IMG/VR virus record: IMGVR_UViG_3300028833_000109
Span: 1 to 64,000 of that record
Length of the DNA stretch: 64,000 bases
Direction: 5' to 3' (one strand)
From: a virus
Taxonomy: Duplodnaviria > Caudoviricetes
Shown here: positions 1 through 8,448 of the stretch, piece after piece
Layout: every line of letters starts with the position of its first letter
How positions within the stretch are numbered: the first letter of the stretch is position 1
Translations under genes and position numbers: made by a program
The notes under the pieces: model-generated
What the model was told of the DNA's origin: nothing
Seen by the model: only the letters and a program-made list of their open reading frames with translations
The model's database searches: none

Positions 1-334
1 TACACCTGCACCACGACCCATCGGTTTCCCAAAATGGAGAAACCTTGTGAGGCTCACCGCTTTGGTCGAGATAAACTGGAATGTCAGCCCACGACCCCAT
101 AACCCAGCCAAGCACGTCAATGCCGGGCGAAGCCTCGACAGCGTTAATATGAAACTCGTCATAACTCTTATCGCTGGTGATGCAGACAGGGATGTATAAC
201 ACCCTATCCCAGTCGCTCATGCTGATGCGTACCTGGCCAGCGGGGTAGCCCCTCTCGATTAACTTGAATGAACTCTCGGCCATTGCCGACATTGCGGTCA
301 TTGCGACCAGTGCGATCAATAAAATCTTCTTCAT
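1..334 (-). CDS. Secreted/exported hypothetical protein (partial, runs off window)
   Basis: ATG at 334; MKKILLIALVAMTAMSAMA is a signal-peptide-like N-terminus; frame open to the window edge. Confidence 0.6.
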   Translation of the reverse strand, partial: MKKILLIALVAMTAMSAMAESSFKLIERGYPAGQVRISMSDWDRVLYIPVCITSDKSYDEFHINAVEASPGIDVLGWVMGSWADIPVYLDQSGEPHKVSPFWETDGSWCRC

Positions 335-544
335 AATTGCTTGTATTTAAAGTTAGTAAATCTCTCTAAAAGCCAGTCATCGCCTCACGACAGGACTGGC
401 ATGGCTCAGTTACTTTTCCTCGTACTCTGTACAGGGAATCATAACAATTAATAATTCACCTTTACCCATCAATTTAACCCCGTCCTTTTCGGGGATTCTA
501 AGTTAATAATGATGAATAAAAAGCTGCACCGATTATCGGTTGCG

Positions 545-670
545 TGGGCAGCGGTGGAATCGAACCACCGTGACAAATAAATGTATGCAAAAAGAATCCG
601 TTACTAATTAAACTTGCCACTCCTTTACTGCCCTTTCGCCGATGGTTTGCCCCGATAAGGCATCTGCCCC
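545..670 (-). other. tRNA-like element (T-arm + acceptor-like stem, no canonical anticodon arm)
   Basis: Minus strand ends CGGTGG-TTCGATT-CCACCG-CTGCCCA; GGGCAG partners upstream; middle not cloverleaf. Confidence 0.3.
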
Positions 671-736
671 ATAACCACGGATTCACATCCATCGGCACGT
701 TATGAAAAAACTTCGCACTTCCTAGGCCAGTAGCCT

Positions 737-1111
737 CTATGGTTGCTCAAATTCAAAGTATTCCTCAGTCCACCCTTGAGCAGACTCTTTCATCAGTTCC
801 AACTCGCGCCTGCGCTCTTTGCTGATGTCGCCGAGCAACTCGCCGTCAATGTACTTGACCAGTTCGGCAAGCATATCGGGGATGGGCTTGTACGTTTCCT
901 TGTACGCGCCCTCGACATCGGCATCGTCGCACAAGCACCAGTCGCCATCGTAGTTGTACACTTGGTCGGTTGTGATCACGCACTCTTTCTCAAGCGTGAT
1001 GCCGACCTTGATGGTGAAGTCAATCTCTGGCGGGTCGACTTGGTTCCACGGTGCGTTTTCGTCGAACTCCGCTCCTGGGGGATAATATCCCGATTCTCTC
1101 AAATGTCCCAT
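737..1111 (-). CDS. Hypothetical phage protein
   Basis: 124-aa acidic ORF directly after the ATPase; YYPPGAE..APWNQ motif. Confidence 0.7.
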   Translation of the reverse strand: MGHLRESGYYPPGAEFDENAPWNQVDPPEIDFTIKVGITLEKECVITTDQVYNYDGDWCLCDDADVEGAYKETYKPIPDMLAELVKYIDGELLGDISKERRRELELMKESAQGWTEEYFEFEQP

Positions 1112-1114
1112 ATC

Positions 1115-1825
1115 TCAAAAATTTTGTTGCCGTTTAGATTTTCCGCTCCACTCGATGATGTTGAACATCTCGATAAAGCGGTCGCTGATATAGTCGCCGT
1201 ACATCGGAGTGATGTCTGACAGCATCAGGTTGCTCGTGATGTGCGTTATGTTCTCTTTCCTGCGGTCGTATCTCAACTGCAAGAGAAACTGAATCACATT
1301 CAACTCCGTGCCGTAGTGTTTGGCGGGAAGCGGCTCTCGACCCAATTCGTCGATTAGCAGGTTGCACTCATCGCACCATTGCAGCAGTTTCTCTTGGCCG
1401 TGTCCCGCATAACTGTTAGCGAGTTCGCTGGCAGATTTCCAAAAGAAGCCGATGCGGTAGTCTTTGGAATAGTATCGCCGCTTGATGCTGTTCATGTAGC
1501 ATTGCAGTCCTCTGAGCACGGTTGACTTGCCTGTGCCTATAGGCCCGTAAAGGAACAGCCCTTTGTTGTAGTCAAGGCCGATTTTGTTCCATGCGTCGTA
1601 TTTCCACACCCAGGCGAATATCGAGTTTATCAAATCCCTTTTCTCAGGCTCGATGATGAAACCCGGCTCGCACAGCCTGTCGAGTTCGGACTTGAATATC
1701 CTCGCTTCTTGGTACAAGTCTATCTTAGGCGTGGAAGATTTTTGCGCCAGCGAGGGGATCTTCCGCTTGAGCCCATCCAGATACTTGTCCAGACTGCCTG
1801 TTTTGTTGTTGTGAGTTATTTCCAT
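1115..1825 (-). CDS. DnaC/IstB-like AAA+ ATPase (helicase loader)
   Basis: Walker A GPIGTGKS, Walker B LLIDELG, THITSN and DRF motifs; follows the replication initiator. Confidence 0.8.
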   Translation of the reverse strand: MEITHNNKTGSLDKYLDGLKRKIPSLAQKSSTPKIDLYQEARIFKSELDRLCEPGFIIEPEKRDLINSIFAWVWKYDAWNKIGLDYNKGLFLYGPIGTGKSTVLRGLQCYMNSIKRRYYSKDYRIGFFWKSASELANSYAGHGQEKLLQWCDECNLLIDELGREPLPAKHYGTELNVIQFLLQLRYDRRKENITHITSNLMLSDITPMYGDYISDRFIEMFNIIEWSGKSKRQQNF

Positions 1826-2552
1826 TTTTGTTGTCTTTGAGTTCAAATATTCCCGACCAGTTGTTTGCCATTGATTGCTTGACTATCGCCATCGCAGTGT
1901 CTGGGTTGTTGCCGGACAACTCTACGAGTTTGTTGTAGCATACCTTGAGCGACTTCTCTCCCTTGTAAGTTTGACCCTTTTGTTTTTTATATTCCAGCCA
2001 CAAGGAAAATACTTCCTCAAAAGCGGGATCAACAGAGAAACTCGGTTTGTTCTTTTCTTTACCACCTTTAGGTGGTTTATTTTTAGTTCTTTCTTTCTTT
2101 ATATATTCTTTAATTGTGTCCGTTGGGATGTCCGCTAAGATGTCCGCTAAGTCATCCATAGAGGTGTCCGCTGCAAGCCTATTTGTTCCTTGGTAAGTAT
2201 CATAATTAGTGATAGTTATGATAGCCCTTACCCCGTCCTTTACTTCTCGTTTTATCATTCCATCTTCTTCAAGAAGTGACAAAAAACGCATTACGGTTTT
2301 ACGGTCAAGTGTCTTCCTGTTGAGCATCCATCTTTTGACCAAAAAAGCGACGCTTGCTTCAATTTGCCCCCGTCTTAAAACAACGATGGTGTCATCTTTT
2401 GGATTTCCTTCATTATCCGGTGAATGGACTGTCTTGGTTTTGTCGCTATACGATGCGAGAAAAAGCAAGTCGCACCACCAATGGAAATAATCATTGTTCT
2501 CTGCAATCCAATGATTCTCAAGTTTACGGTATAATTTAATCCAACCTTCCAT
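1725..2552 (-). CDS. Phage replication initiator / replisome organiser
   Basis: MEGWIKLYRK N-terminus, RGQ, ITITNYDTYQ, C-terminal W.EYKK..QSMANNWSGIF; initiator-loader gene pair. Confidence 0.75.
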   Translation of the reverse strand: MEGWIKLYRKLENHWIAENNDYFHWWCDLLFLASYSDKTKTVHSPDNEGNPKDDTIVVLRRGQIEASVAFLVKRWMLNRKTLDRKTVMRFLSLLEEDGMIKREVKDGVRAIITITNYDTYQGTNRLAADTSMDDLADILADIPTDTIKEYIKKERTKNKPPKGGKEKNKPSFSVDPAFEEVFSLWLEYKKQKGQTYKGEKSLKVCYNKLVELSGNNPDTAMAIVKQSMANNWSGIFELKDNKNGNNSQQQNRQSGQVSGWAQAEDPLAGAKIFHA

Positions 2553-2572
2553 TTGTCGTGTTTTTTTAGTTA

Positions 2573-2643
2573 GGGAGCAAGGCGGGAGTCGAACCCGCTT
2601 TCAACCCGTTAAGGGTCTAAGTCCGATTTGTCTATCTTGCCCT
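2573..2643 (-). tRNA. Degenerate tRNA-like element
   Basis: Acceptor GGGCAAG/CTTGCTC, T-arm GCGGG-TTCGACT-CCCGC; D and anticodon arms irregular. Confidence 0.35.
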
Positions 2644-3176
2644 CAAGAGATAATCAGCAAAAGTTTAAATAGCGTCCACATCCACGGGTTTCACAACTGA
2701 TGAATACGGCGGCTGCGTTTTCCACCGCAGCGGATGGTATAAAGGTCAAGTACCGTCCTCACGGACACCTTGACGATGCTACTAAGTATTGATTAAAAAC
2801 CTTATAAAAACCAAACAAAAAGAGTGGCATCGCGGGCGGCGAAACCTAACCCCGACAAGCGTCGCGGATTCCCTTTTGGGGCGATGCCTATGATTACCTA
2901 TGCCGCAAGTATGTCGTACCGATGCGGCAGGGTTTGTTGCCAATAACTTATCATCGTCCTTCATGCAGCGATGATTTCTGCACCCTCACTGTCGGCGGTG
3001 TGTGAGGGGAACACCATAGCCTCCACAATGTCAAAGAACTCTTTTTTTTGTCCGCAGGGAGGACTCGCACTCTCCATACTGCCATGACGGGTTGCTCTTC
3101 TCTTGAGCTACTGCGGCGGTCAAAATTGACCACAACCAAAACTAAGATTATGAAAAAGAACTACTCGTAGCTGCTC

Positions 3177-3503
3177 TTATCCGTTGATGATCTCATCTAT
3201 GTCCTCCATGTTGATGCCCGCCTCCTGGAGTTTTGGAGCCCACCTGATGATGGTGTTCGCCCTCTCGTCGGTCGTGTGGCAGAAGAACAGTTCGTTCGCC
3301 AGTCTCAGGCAGAGCATCGAGCCTTCGTGGGTCTTTTCCGCTTCTGCCGCGATGCTGTCCGCTTCCTTGGACATCTCGGTCGCTTTGTCAAGTGCCTTGT
3401 TTGCGTGGTGCTTGAGTATCAGTGTCGATATGAACGCCGACAACTGCAAAGCCGTTCCTATGATGAGCGATATAGCCAGTGCTATGTCAATCGTGCATGT
3501 CAT
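3177..3503 (-). CDS. Hypothetical membrane-anchored protein
   Basis: N-terminal hydrophobic helix then coiled segment. Confidence 0.55.
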   Translation of the reverse strand: MTCTIDIALAISLIIGTALQLSAFISTLILKHHANKALDKATEMSKEADSIAAEAEKTHEGSMLCLRLANELFFCHTTDERANTIIRWAPKLQEAGINMEDIDEIING

Positions 3504-3604
3504 TGTCTTCTTCTTTTATTTCCTCGAACTCGGCGTCGGTGATGTTGCGCTCAAGTCCGATGAACATTCGTATTGATTCGTATGTGTCGATGGCTTTTCC
3601 CATA

Positions 3605-3889
3605 TCACGCGGGTGTGTTTACGATGGCTTTCTCAAGTGCCGTCATCACCTGGAACACGCTCTTGTTGTAGATGCGTCTCCCCATAAGCACCTTGCCGCC
3701 TCCTGTCACGATGAGTTTAACGCCGTCTTTCACGTTCAGCCGCTCTGGTTTGTAGAACCTGCCCTTGAAGACAGTGTTTACCATCCGTCTGATGTAACCG
3801 CCCGTGCATCGCACGTCGAACATCTTTCTCTCCTTGCCCCTTGTCAGGGTTATGCGATAGGTTTCTGCCATATCTCTCTTAAAGTTCAA
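3605..3889 (-). CDS. Hypothetical basic protein
   Basis: 94-aa ORF in leftward operon. Confidence 0.5.
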   Translation of the reverse strand: MNFKRDMAETYRITLTRGKERKMFDVRCTGGYIRRMVNTVFKGRFYKPERLNVKDGVKLIVTGGGKVLMGRRIYNKSVFQVMTALEKAIVNTPA

Positions 3890-4190
3890 AAGGAGAAAAG
3901 AGTCCGTATCCTGATGGGCTGTTGGACACTTTCTCTAATCTCCTTGTGTGATGTCTCTCTACACCGAAACAGCCCTAACGATGTTTGCGATGCAAAGTAA
4001 AACCTAAATTTTGAGCCTTGCAAACCGATGTGTTTCAACGTGTTAACTCAAAATTTTTTCTTATTTGTTGTCTTTTGTTCGCTTTTGTTGGTATTAAAAA
4101 TAAGTTATGAAAGTTTTACAAAACGAAATATAATTTAACTTTTAAGGCAGTAAAAACAAAAAGACCAGAGCGAACACCCTGGCCTATACA

Positions 4191-5369
4191 TTATTTATTG
4201 ATGAACTCGGCAAAAGCGGCTATGACTGTCTTGTCGAGTATCTTTGCGTATGCTTTCTCGGTGGTCTTCACTGACGTGTGTCCCAGGCACTTTGCGACAA
4301 CCTCTATCGGTATGCCGCCGTTGAGCCAAATATACCCTGCCGTCCTGCGACCGACATGGGATGTCAGTTCGGTTTCAACACCTGCCGCATCAGCGACAAT
4401 CTTCAGTTTGATGTTGTACTTCTGGTTTGATATGGTGGGCAACTGGTAGTTGTACCGCTCAAGTATCTCAACCGCTTCGGGAACGAGCACGAAAGTGAAC
4501 TCGACCCCTGTCTTCTTTCTTGCGGCCGTATAGACCTTGTGTTGCCCGCTGAACTGCACATTTGAGAAGTCGAACTCAATGAGGTCGGAGTAGGAGAGGC
4601 CGGTCAAGCACTGGAACACGAACAAATCCCTCGCTTCGGCAACCGCTCCAGTCGGCATCTTCGCCGTCTTGATCCTATTGAACTCGTCATCGTCAAGGTA
4701 CTTGTCTATCCTCGTTTCGCCCTTGTCTATCCTTATGCGCCTTGAGAGGTACGGATTTTCTTTGAGGTATCCGTCAACGACCGCATCGTTTATGAATATC
4801 TTCATGCGCTTATGTATGCCGCCGATGGTGGACTGTGTGTACTTGTGTTCCGTCCATCTCCCGTAGCGGTCACGTTTCTTCCACGAGAAAGCGTGGAGCC
4901 ATTCGTCAAAGTCGCGTATGCTTTTCTCGCTGATGTCGGAGAACGACACTATCTTCCCATATTTGGTGAGTATGCCGATAAATGCCTTGTAGTGCTTTTT
5001 TGTGTCTTTAGACACATTGCGCTTCTCTCCGCGCTCGGCAATGTATCGGATAAACGACACCGTTGCTGACGGCCTGCGGACGAGGTTAGGGATGGCGCAC
5101 AAGTCAACCATTCCATTGTCAACCATATCGGCGATGGCTTTCATGGCCTTCTTCTTCATCTCAAGCAGCACCTGGTTGCAGCGCACCGCGTCGGTTGAGT
5201 TGACAACGCACTCCCTTGTCTGCGACCACTGCGAGGGGAAACACCTGATGCCGGTGGTCATGTACTTTCTTTTCCGCAGGTATGTGATGCGCATCTCAAC
5301 AATGCCTTTCTTTGTCTTTGTCGCCGTCTTCTTGCGGTCGAAGACGAACTGGATGGTGGGTATCTTCAT
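4191..5369 (-). CDS. int: Tyrosine integrase (Bacteroidota type, arm-binding + SAM-like + catalytic domains)
   Basis: FQCLTGLSYSD, RKKT, SHVGRRT, LGHTSVKTTEKAY catalytic motifs; likely start MKIPTIQF at 5369. Confidence 0.9.
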   Translation of the reverse strand: MKIPTIQFVFDRKKTATKTKKGIVEMRITYLRKRKYMTTGIRCFPSQWSQTRECVVNSTDAVRCNQVLLEMKKKAMKAIADMVDNGMVDLCAIPNLVRRPSATVSFIRYIAERGEKRNVSKDTKKHYKAFIGILTKYGKIVSFSDISEKSIRDFDEWLHAFSWKKRDRYGRWTEHKYTQSTIGGIHKRMKIFINDAVVDGYLKENPYLSRRIRIDKGETRIDKYLDDDEFNRIKTAKMPTGAVAEARDLFVFQCLTGLSYSDLIEFDFSNVQFSGQHKVYTAARKKTGVEFTFVLVPEAVEILERYNYQLPTISNQKYNIKLKIVADAAGVETELTSHVGRRTAGYIWLNGGIPIEVVAKCLGHTSVKTTEKAYAKILDKTVIAAFAEFINK

Positions 5370-5425
5370 ATCATGTTTTGTTAATGGGGTCATGGGTTCT
5401 GACCCAGGGTGGATTTGAACTTTTT

Positions 5426-5725
5426 GTGTTACCGCTGAGAGTAACACGGTAAATTTTCAGGTAACACCATACACAAAAATACCAACAAAAGTAAACAAAA
5501 ATCAACAAAAGGAATAATATATGATGGATTCTTTTTGAGGTTACTTGTTATTGCTTTGGCTGTCAGCGGGATAGATGCCGATGTTTTATAAGAAAAAGGT
5601 GTCTTTTTGCGGACACCTTTACCAAAATATACCACTAAAAAGTGATCCTGTTGGGATTTGGTGCAGGTGTTGATAGTCAATGGGTTAGGTGTCGTTTTCA
5701 GCAATCGGTAACACGGAAGTAACAC
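5426..5725. other. Candidate attP: GTAACAC arm-type repeats flanking a tRNA-3'-end-like core
   Basis: GTAACAC at 5441, 5461, 5708, 5719, inverted at 5426; core GTGATCCTGTTGGGATT (5642-5658) is the reverse complement of a tRNA T-stem/acceptor end. Confidence 0.55.
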
Positions 5726-5902
5726 ACGGTTTTTGAAAACGAACCCATGACCCCGTTTACTGAACGATTTTGTCCAGTAAATCATCTTCGTCGATAGACT
5801 CGCCAACGATGCGGGTTTTCTCCGCTACGGAGAGTCTCTTCCAGTCCTCGTTGCCCCATTTCTCGTCAAGGATGGCAACGACCTTTTTAATCAGTTCCTC
5901 GT

Positions 5903-6292
5903 TCATAGCCTGTTGTCTAATTGGATGTATAAAGTTGTTAACTGGTTCATGATGTCCTGGTTCTCCCGCTTGAGGTTCTCGATGCGCTCCTGGTTCTGCG
6001 TGAGCCTGCGGGCGAGGTTGACGATGATGTTGCGCACACTTGGCGTTGGCTCGTTGTCGTCGGTGATGTACTTGTCGCCCCTGCCGTGCTTCAGCCAGTC
6101 GGGCGACACGTTTATCGTCTCGCAGATGTGCTTGATGTCGCGCTGGGTGAGTTTCTGCTGCCCCCGCAGCTTCTTGTGCAGGTTGCTTGGGCCTAATCTC
6201 ACCTTTGTAGCGAAGGCCGCTTCCGTTAGGAGGGAGTCGTCTATCAGTTCCCTTATCCTCGGAATGATCTCGTTCGGTTTTAGTGTTTCCAT
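5903..6292 (-). CDS. CI-like HTH repressor
   Basis: XRE-type HTH (EAAFATKVRLGPSNLHK...VSPDWLKHGRG); divergent from the rightward operon. Confidence 0.75.
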   Translation of the reverse strand: METLKPNEIIPRIRELIDDSLLTEAAFATKVRLGPSNLHKKLRGQQKLTQRDIKHICETINVSPDWLKHGRGDKYITDDNEPTPSVRNIIVNLARRLTQNQERIENLKRENQDIMNQLTTLYIQLDNRL

Positions 6293-6357
6293 AATCTTGC
6301 GTCTTTGGTTAGGTACAATTAAAAATTGTTAAAATCAACACTTTTTGCTTTGTATTT

Positions 6358-6388
6358 TTTGGTAATACAAATTTTTACCATACCTTTG
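6358..6388 (+). promoter_or_regulatory. Bacteroidota sigma-A promoter (rightward)
   Basis: TTTG (6358) - 19 nt - TACCTTTG (6381) fits the -33/-7 consensus. Confidence 0.6.
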
Positions 6389-6520
6389 TCTGCTGAAAAG
6401 TAAAAACAAAGGCTAGGCGGTTCACGGTAAAAGACCGCAAACAGTGGTAAGCGTCACAAATTTACGGCAAATTAGCCAAACCGCCAAGTCTTTAAGGTGA
6501 ATTTTAGTAAAAAATAATAT

Positions 6521-6745
6521 ATGGTAGCGAATAAAATAGGCGTGGACGACGTGAGGAGAATCGGGAAAGACGGTTCGCTTTCCGTGTGCCTGCCCAGTTA
6601 TGCTGCCTGTGTGTCGGCAAAGAACATCGTGTCTTACGTCAAAAGGGCGTATCCGCGAGAGGACGGGCTGACATACACTTGCAGTATTGATGTCGAGACC
6701 AACACAATCGTCATCAAGACTATCGAGAAGAAAGACAACAACTAA
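6521..6745 (+). CDS. Hypothetical protein (first gene of rightward operon)
   Basis: 74-aa ORF, A-rich start context. Confidence 0.6.
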   Translation: MVANKIGVDDVRRIGKDGSLSVCLPSYAACVSAKNIVSYVKRAYPREDGLTYTCSIDVETNTIVIKTIEKKDNN

Positions 6746-6754
6746 AAGCGTGAT

Positions 6755-7060
6755 ATGATGAGCACCGAAGAACTGGACATCCTTGCCGCAAAGATTGCGG
6801 AGCATCTTATGAGTGACGACAGGTTCGTGGAGAAGATGGCGAAAGCCATGAGCCACAAACAGGTCAAGAGGCTCGTGTCAACCAAGGAGGCCGCAGCGAT
6901 GCTCGGCATATCGGCGATGCAGTTGTACCACATCAAGGACGACGAGAACGGTGTGCCGAGGTTCTCCTATATCAAGACTGGGAGCGCGAAGCAGGCCACG
7001 CTGAAGTTCGATTCATCTAAGCTGATGAGGGAATACGAGCGTTACATAGCGACACGCTAA
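6755..7060 (+). CDS. Excisionase-like HTH protein
   Basis: LVSTKEAAAMLGIS..LY MerR/Xis-like HTH. Confidence 0.7.
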   Translation: MMSTEELDILAAKIAEHLMSDDRFVEKMAKAMSHKQVKRLVSTKEAAAMLGISAMQLYHIKDDENGVPRFSYIKTGSAKQATLKFDSSKLMREYERYIATR

Positions 7061-7346
7061 GTATTGCTCAAAGACATAGCGGCAGGCTTGTCGGGGCAAC
7101 GTGATTGTCCCAGTTGCGAGGAAGAACCTTACGCATAGCCGTCAGACCGCACCCCGTGACGAGCGGGTTGACGTAGCCCTTGCGTCCCGGTGAAATGAGT
7201 AGCCGAAGGGGTTGGCGGGAGAAAGCCGCCTATACTGAAAGTGGAGTGATCCACCGTGAAGAAAAGTTGAAGGCTAAGTAATTCTTCTTGATAGCCGTGG
7301 AGTAGGTCTCCTGTAAAAGAAGTCGGTAGCGCGGCTCGCGGCACTT

Positions 7347-7421
7347 AGGGAGTTAGCTCGCTTGGAAAGAGCGCTTGCTATGATTTGCAAGAGGTTGGCG
7401 GTTCGAGTCCGTCACTCCCTA
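7347..7421 (+). tRNA. tRNA with non-canonical 8-nt anticodon loop (identity undetermined)
   Basis: Acceptor AGGGAGT/ACTCCCT, D GCTC/GAGC, AC stem CTTGC/GCAAG with loop TATGATTT, T-arm GGCGG-TTCGAGT-CCGTC. Confidence 0.65.
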
Positions 7422-7590
7422 CACAATGTTACTATCCATTCTACACAGCACTTACTTTTTTCCCATAGATTTTTAGGCTAATAGGGTTTTCCATCCCCGT
7501 TGTGAAATGCGGATGGTTTTTTCGATTACAACAACACAATATAAAGACGTTCGTTTTAGGGCGTTTTCAGGTTCATTTTTCATTTCTTAT

Positions 7591-7616
7591 AGCCGTTTCG
7601 CAAGAGGCGGCTTTTT
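7591..7616 (+). terminator. Rho-independent terminator
   Basis: AGCCG..CGGCT stem followed by TTTT. Confidence 0.5.
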
Positions 7617-7630
7617 AACTTGACAAAACA

Positions 7631-8110
7631 ATGAGAGCATATTATATCGGCTTTGATCCCGGCAAGAAGGGTTTCTGCTGTATCTTAGCGACAGGGTTCA
7701 ACAATTTCAGCCACTACCCGCTCTTTGAAGGACAGCGGCTCAATCCAGAACTCGTTGATGCGATAAGTGGGATGGGTGGCCAGAATGTGATGGCGATTGT
7801 CGAGCAGGTGCATAGTATGCCGCATCAGGGCGTTGCCAGCACGTTCTCTTTCGGAACGAGTTACGGCAAGATTCTCGGTATGCTTGAGGCGTTAGGCATC
7901 CCTTACGTCACCTGCACCCCAGGCAAGTGGCAGAAAGCGATGTGGGAATCCTGCGACAAGGCAGCGAACACCAAGCTGACATCGTACAATGCGGCAAGGC
8001 GTTTGTTGCCGAATATGGATTTCCGCAGGAGTGAGCGGTGCAAGAATTTCGACGACAATCTCGTCGATAGCACACTCATTTGCTTGTATGCGCAGAGAAA
8101 GCAACTGTGA
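7631..8110 (+). CDS. RuvC-like Holliday junction resolvase
   Basis: IGFDPG, IVEQV, FSFG, P.KW, DNLVDS motifs. Confidence 0.8.
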   Translation: MRAYYIGFDPGKKGFCCILATGFNNFSHYPLFEGQRLNPELVDAISGMGGQNVMAIVEQVHSMPHQGVASTFSFGTSYGKILGMLEALGIPYVTCTPGKWQKAMWESCDKAANTKLTSYNAARRLLPNMDFRRSERCKNFDDNLVDSTLICLYAQRKQL

Positions 8111-8175
8111 TTTCTGTTTGTTTACTATAGCTTTATCTCTCCGCTGAGTCGTGAGATTGTGGCGGGGTTTTCAAC

Positions 8176-8246
8176 TGGCCTATATGGTAGAGCGAGGCGT
8201 TTCGCATCCCCGCCTTGTTCCTCGGTTCAAGTCCGGGCATGGCCAC
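8176..8246 (+). other. tRNA-like element
   Basis: TGGCC..GGCCA closure and T-arm CTCGG-TTCAAGT-CCGGG; D arm absent, enlarged central loop. Confidence 0.35.
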
Positions 8247-8448
8247 TAAGCATAATGGTTTACTATTTTGGAATAAATATTGGTTAAACAGTTTTTGCCC
8301 CGCTCCCCTGTGAAGGCATAGCGGGCAGTCACACGCGACCCGCGTAGGGTAAGACTAATTTTCTCATAATTCATATTTTTTTGGATGTAAAAACGTGTTT
8401 ATTCCCCGCCTGCTCGTGAGGGTCGGCGGGTTTTTAATTTTGACAAAT

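Noticed and set aside
545-670. tmRNA
   Set aside because: Far too short and no tag reading frame
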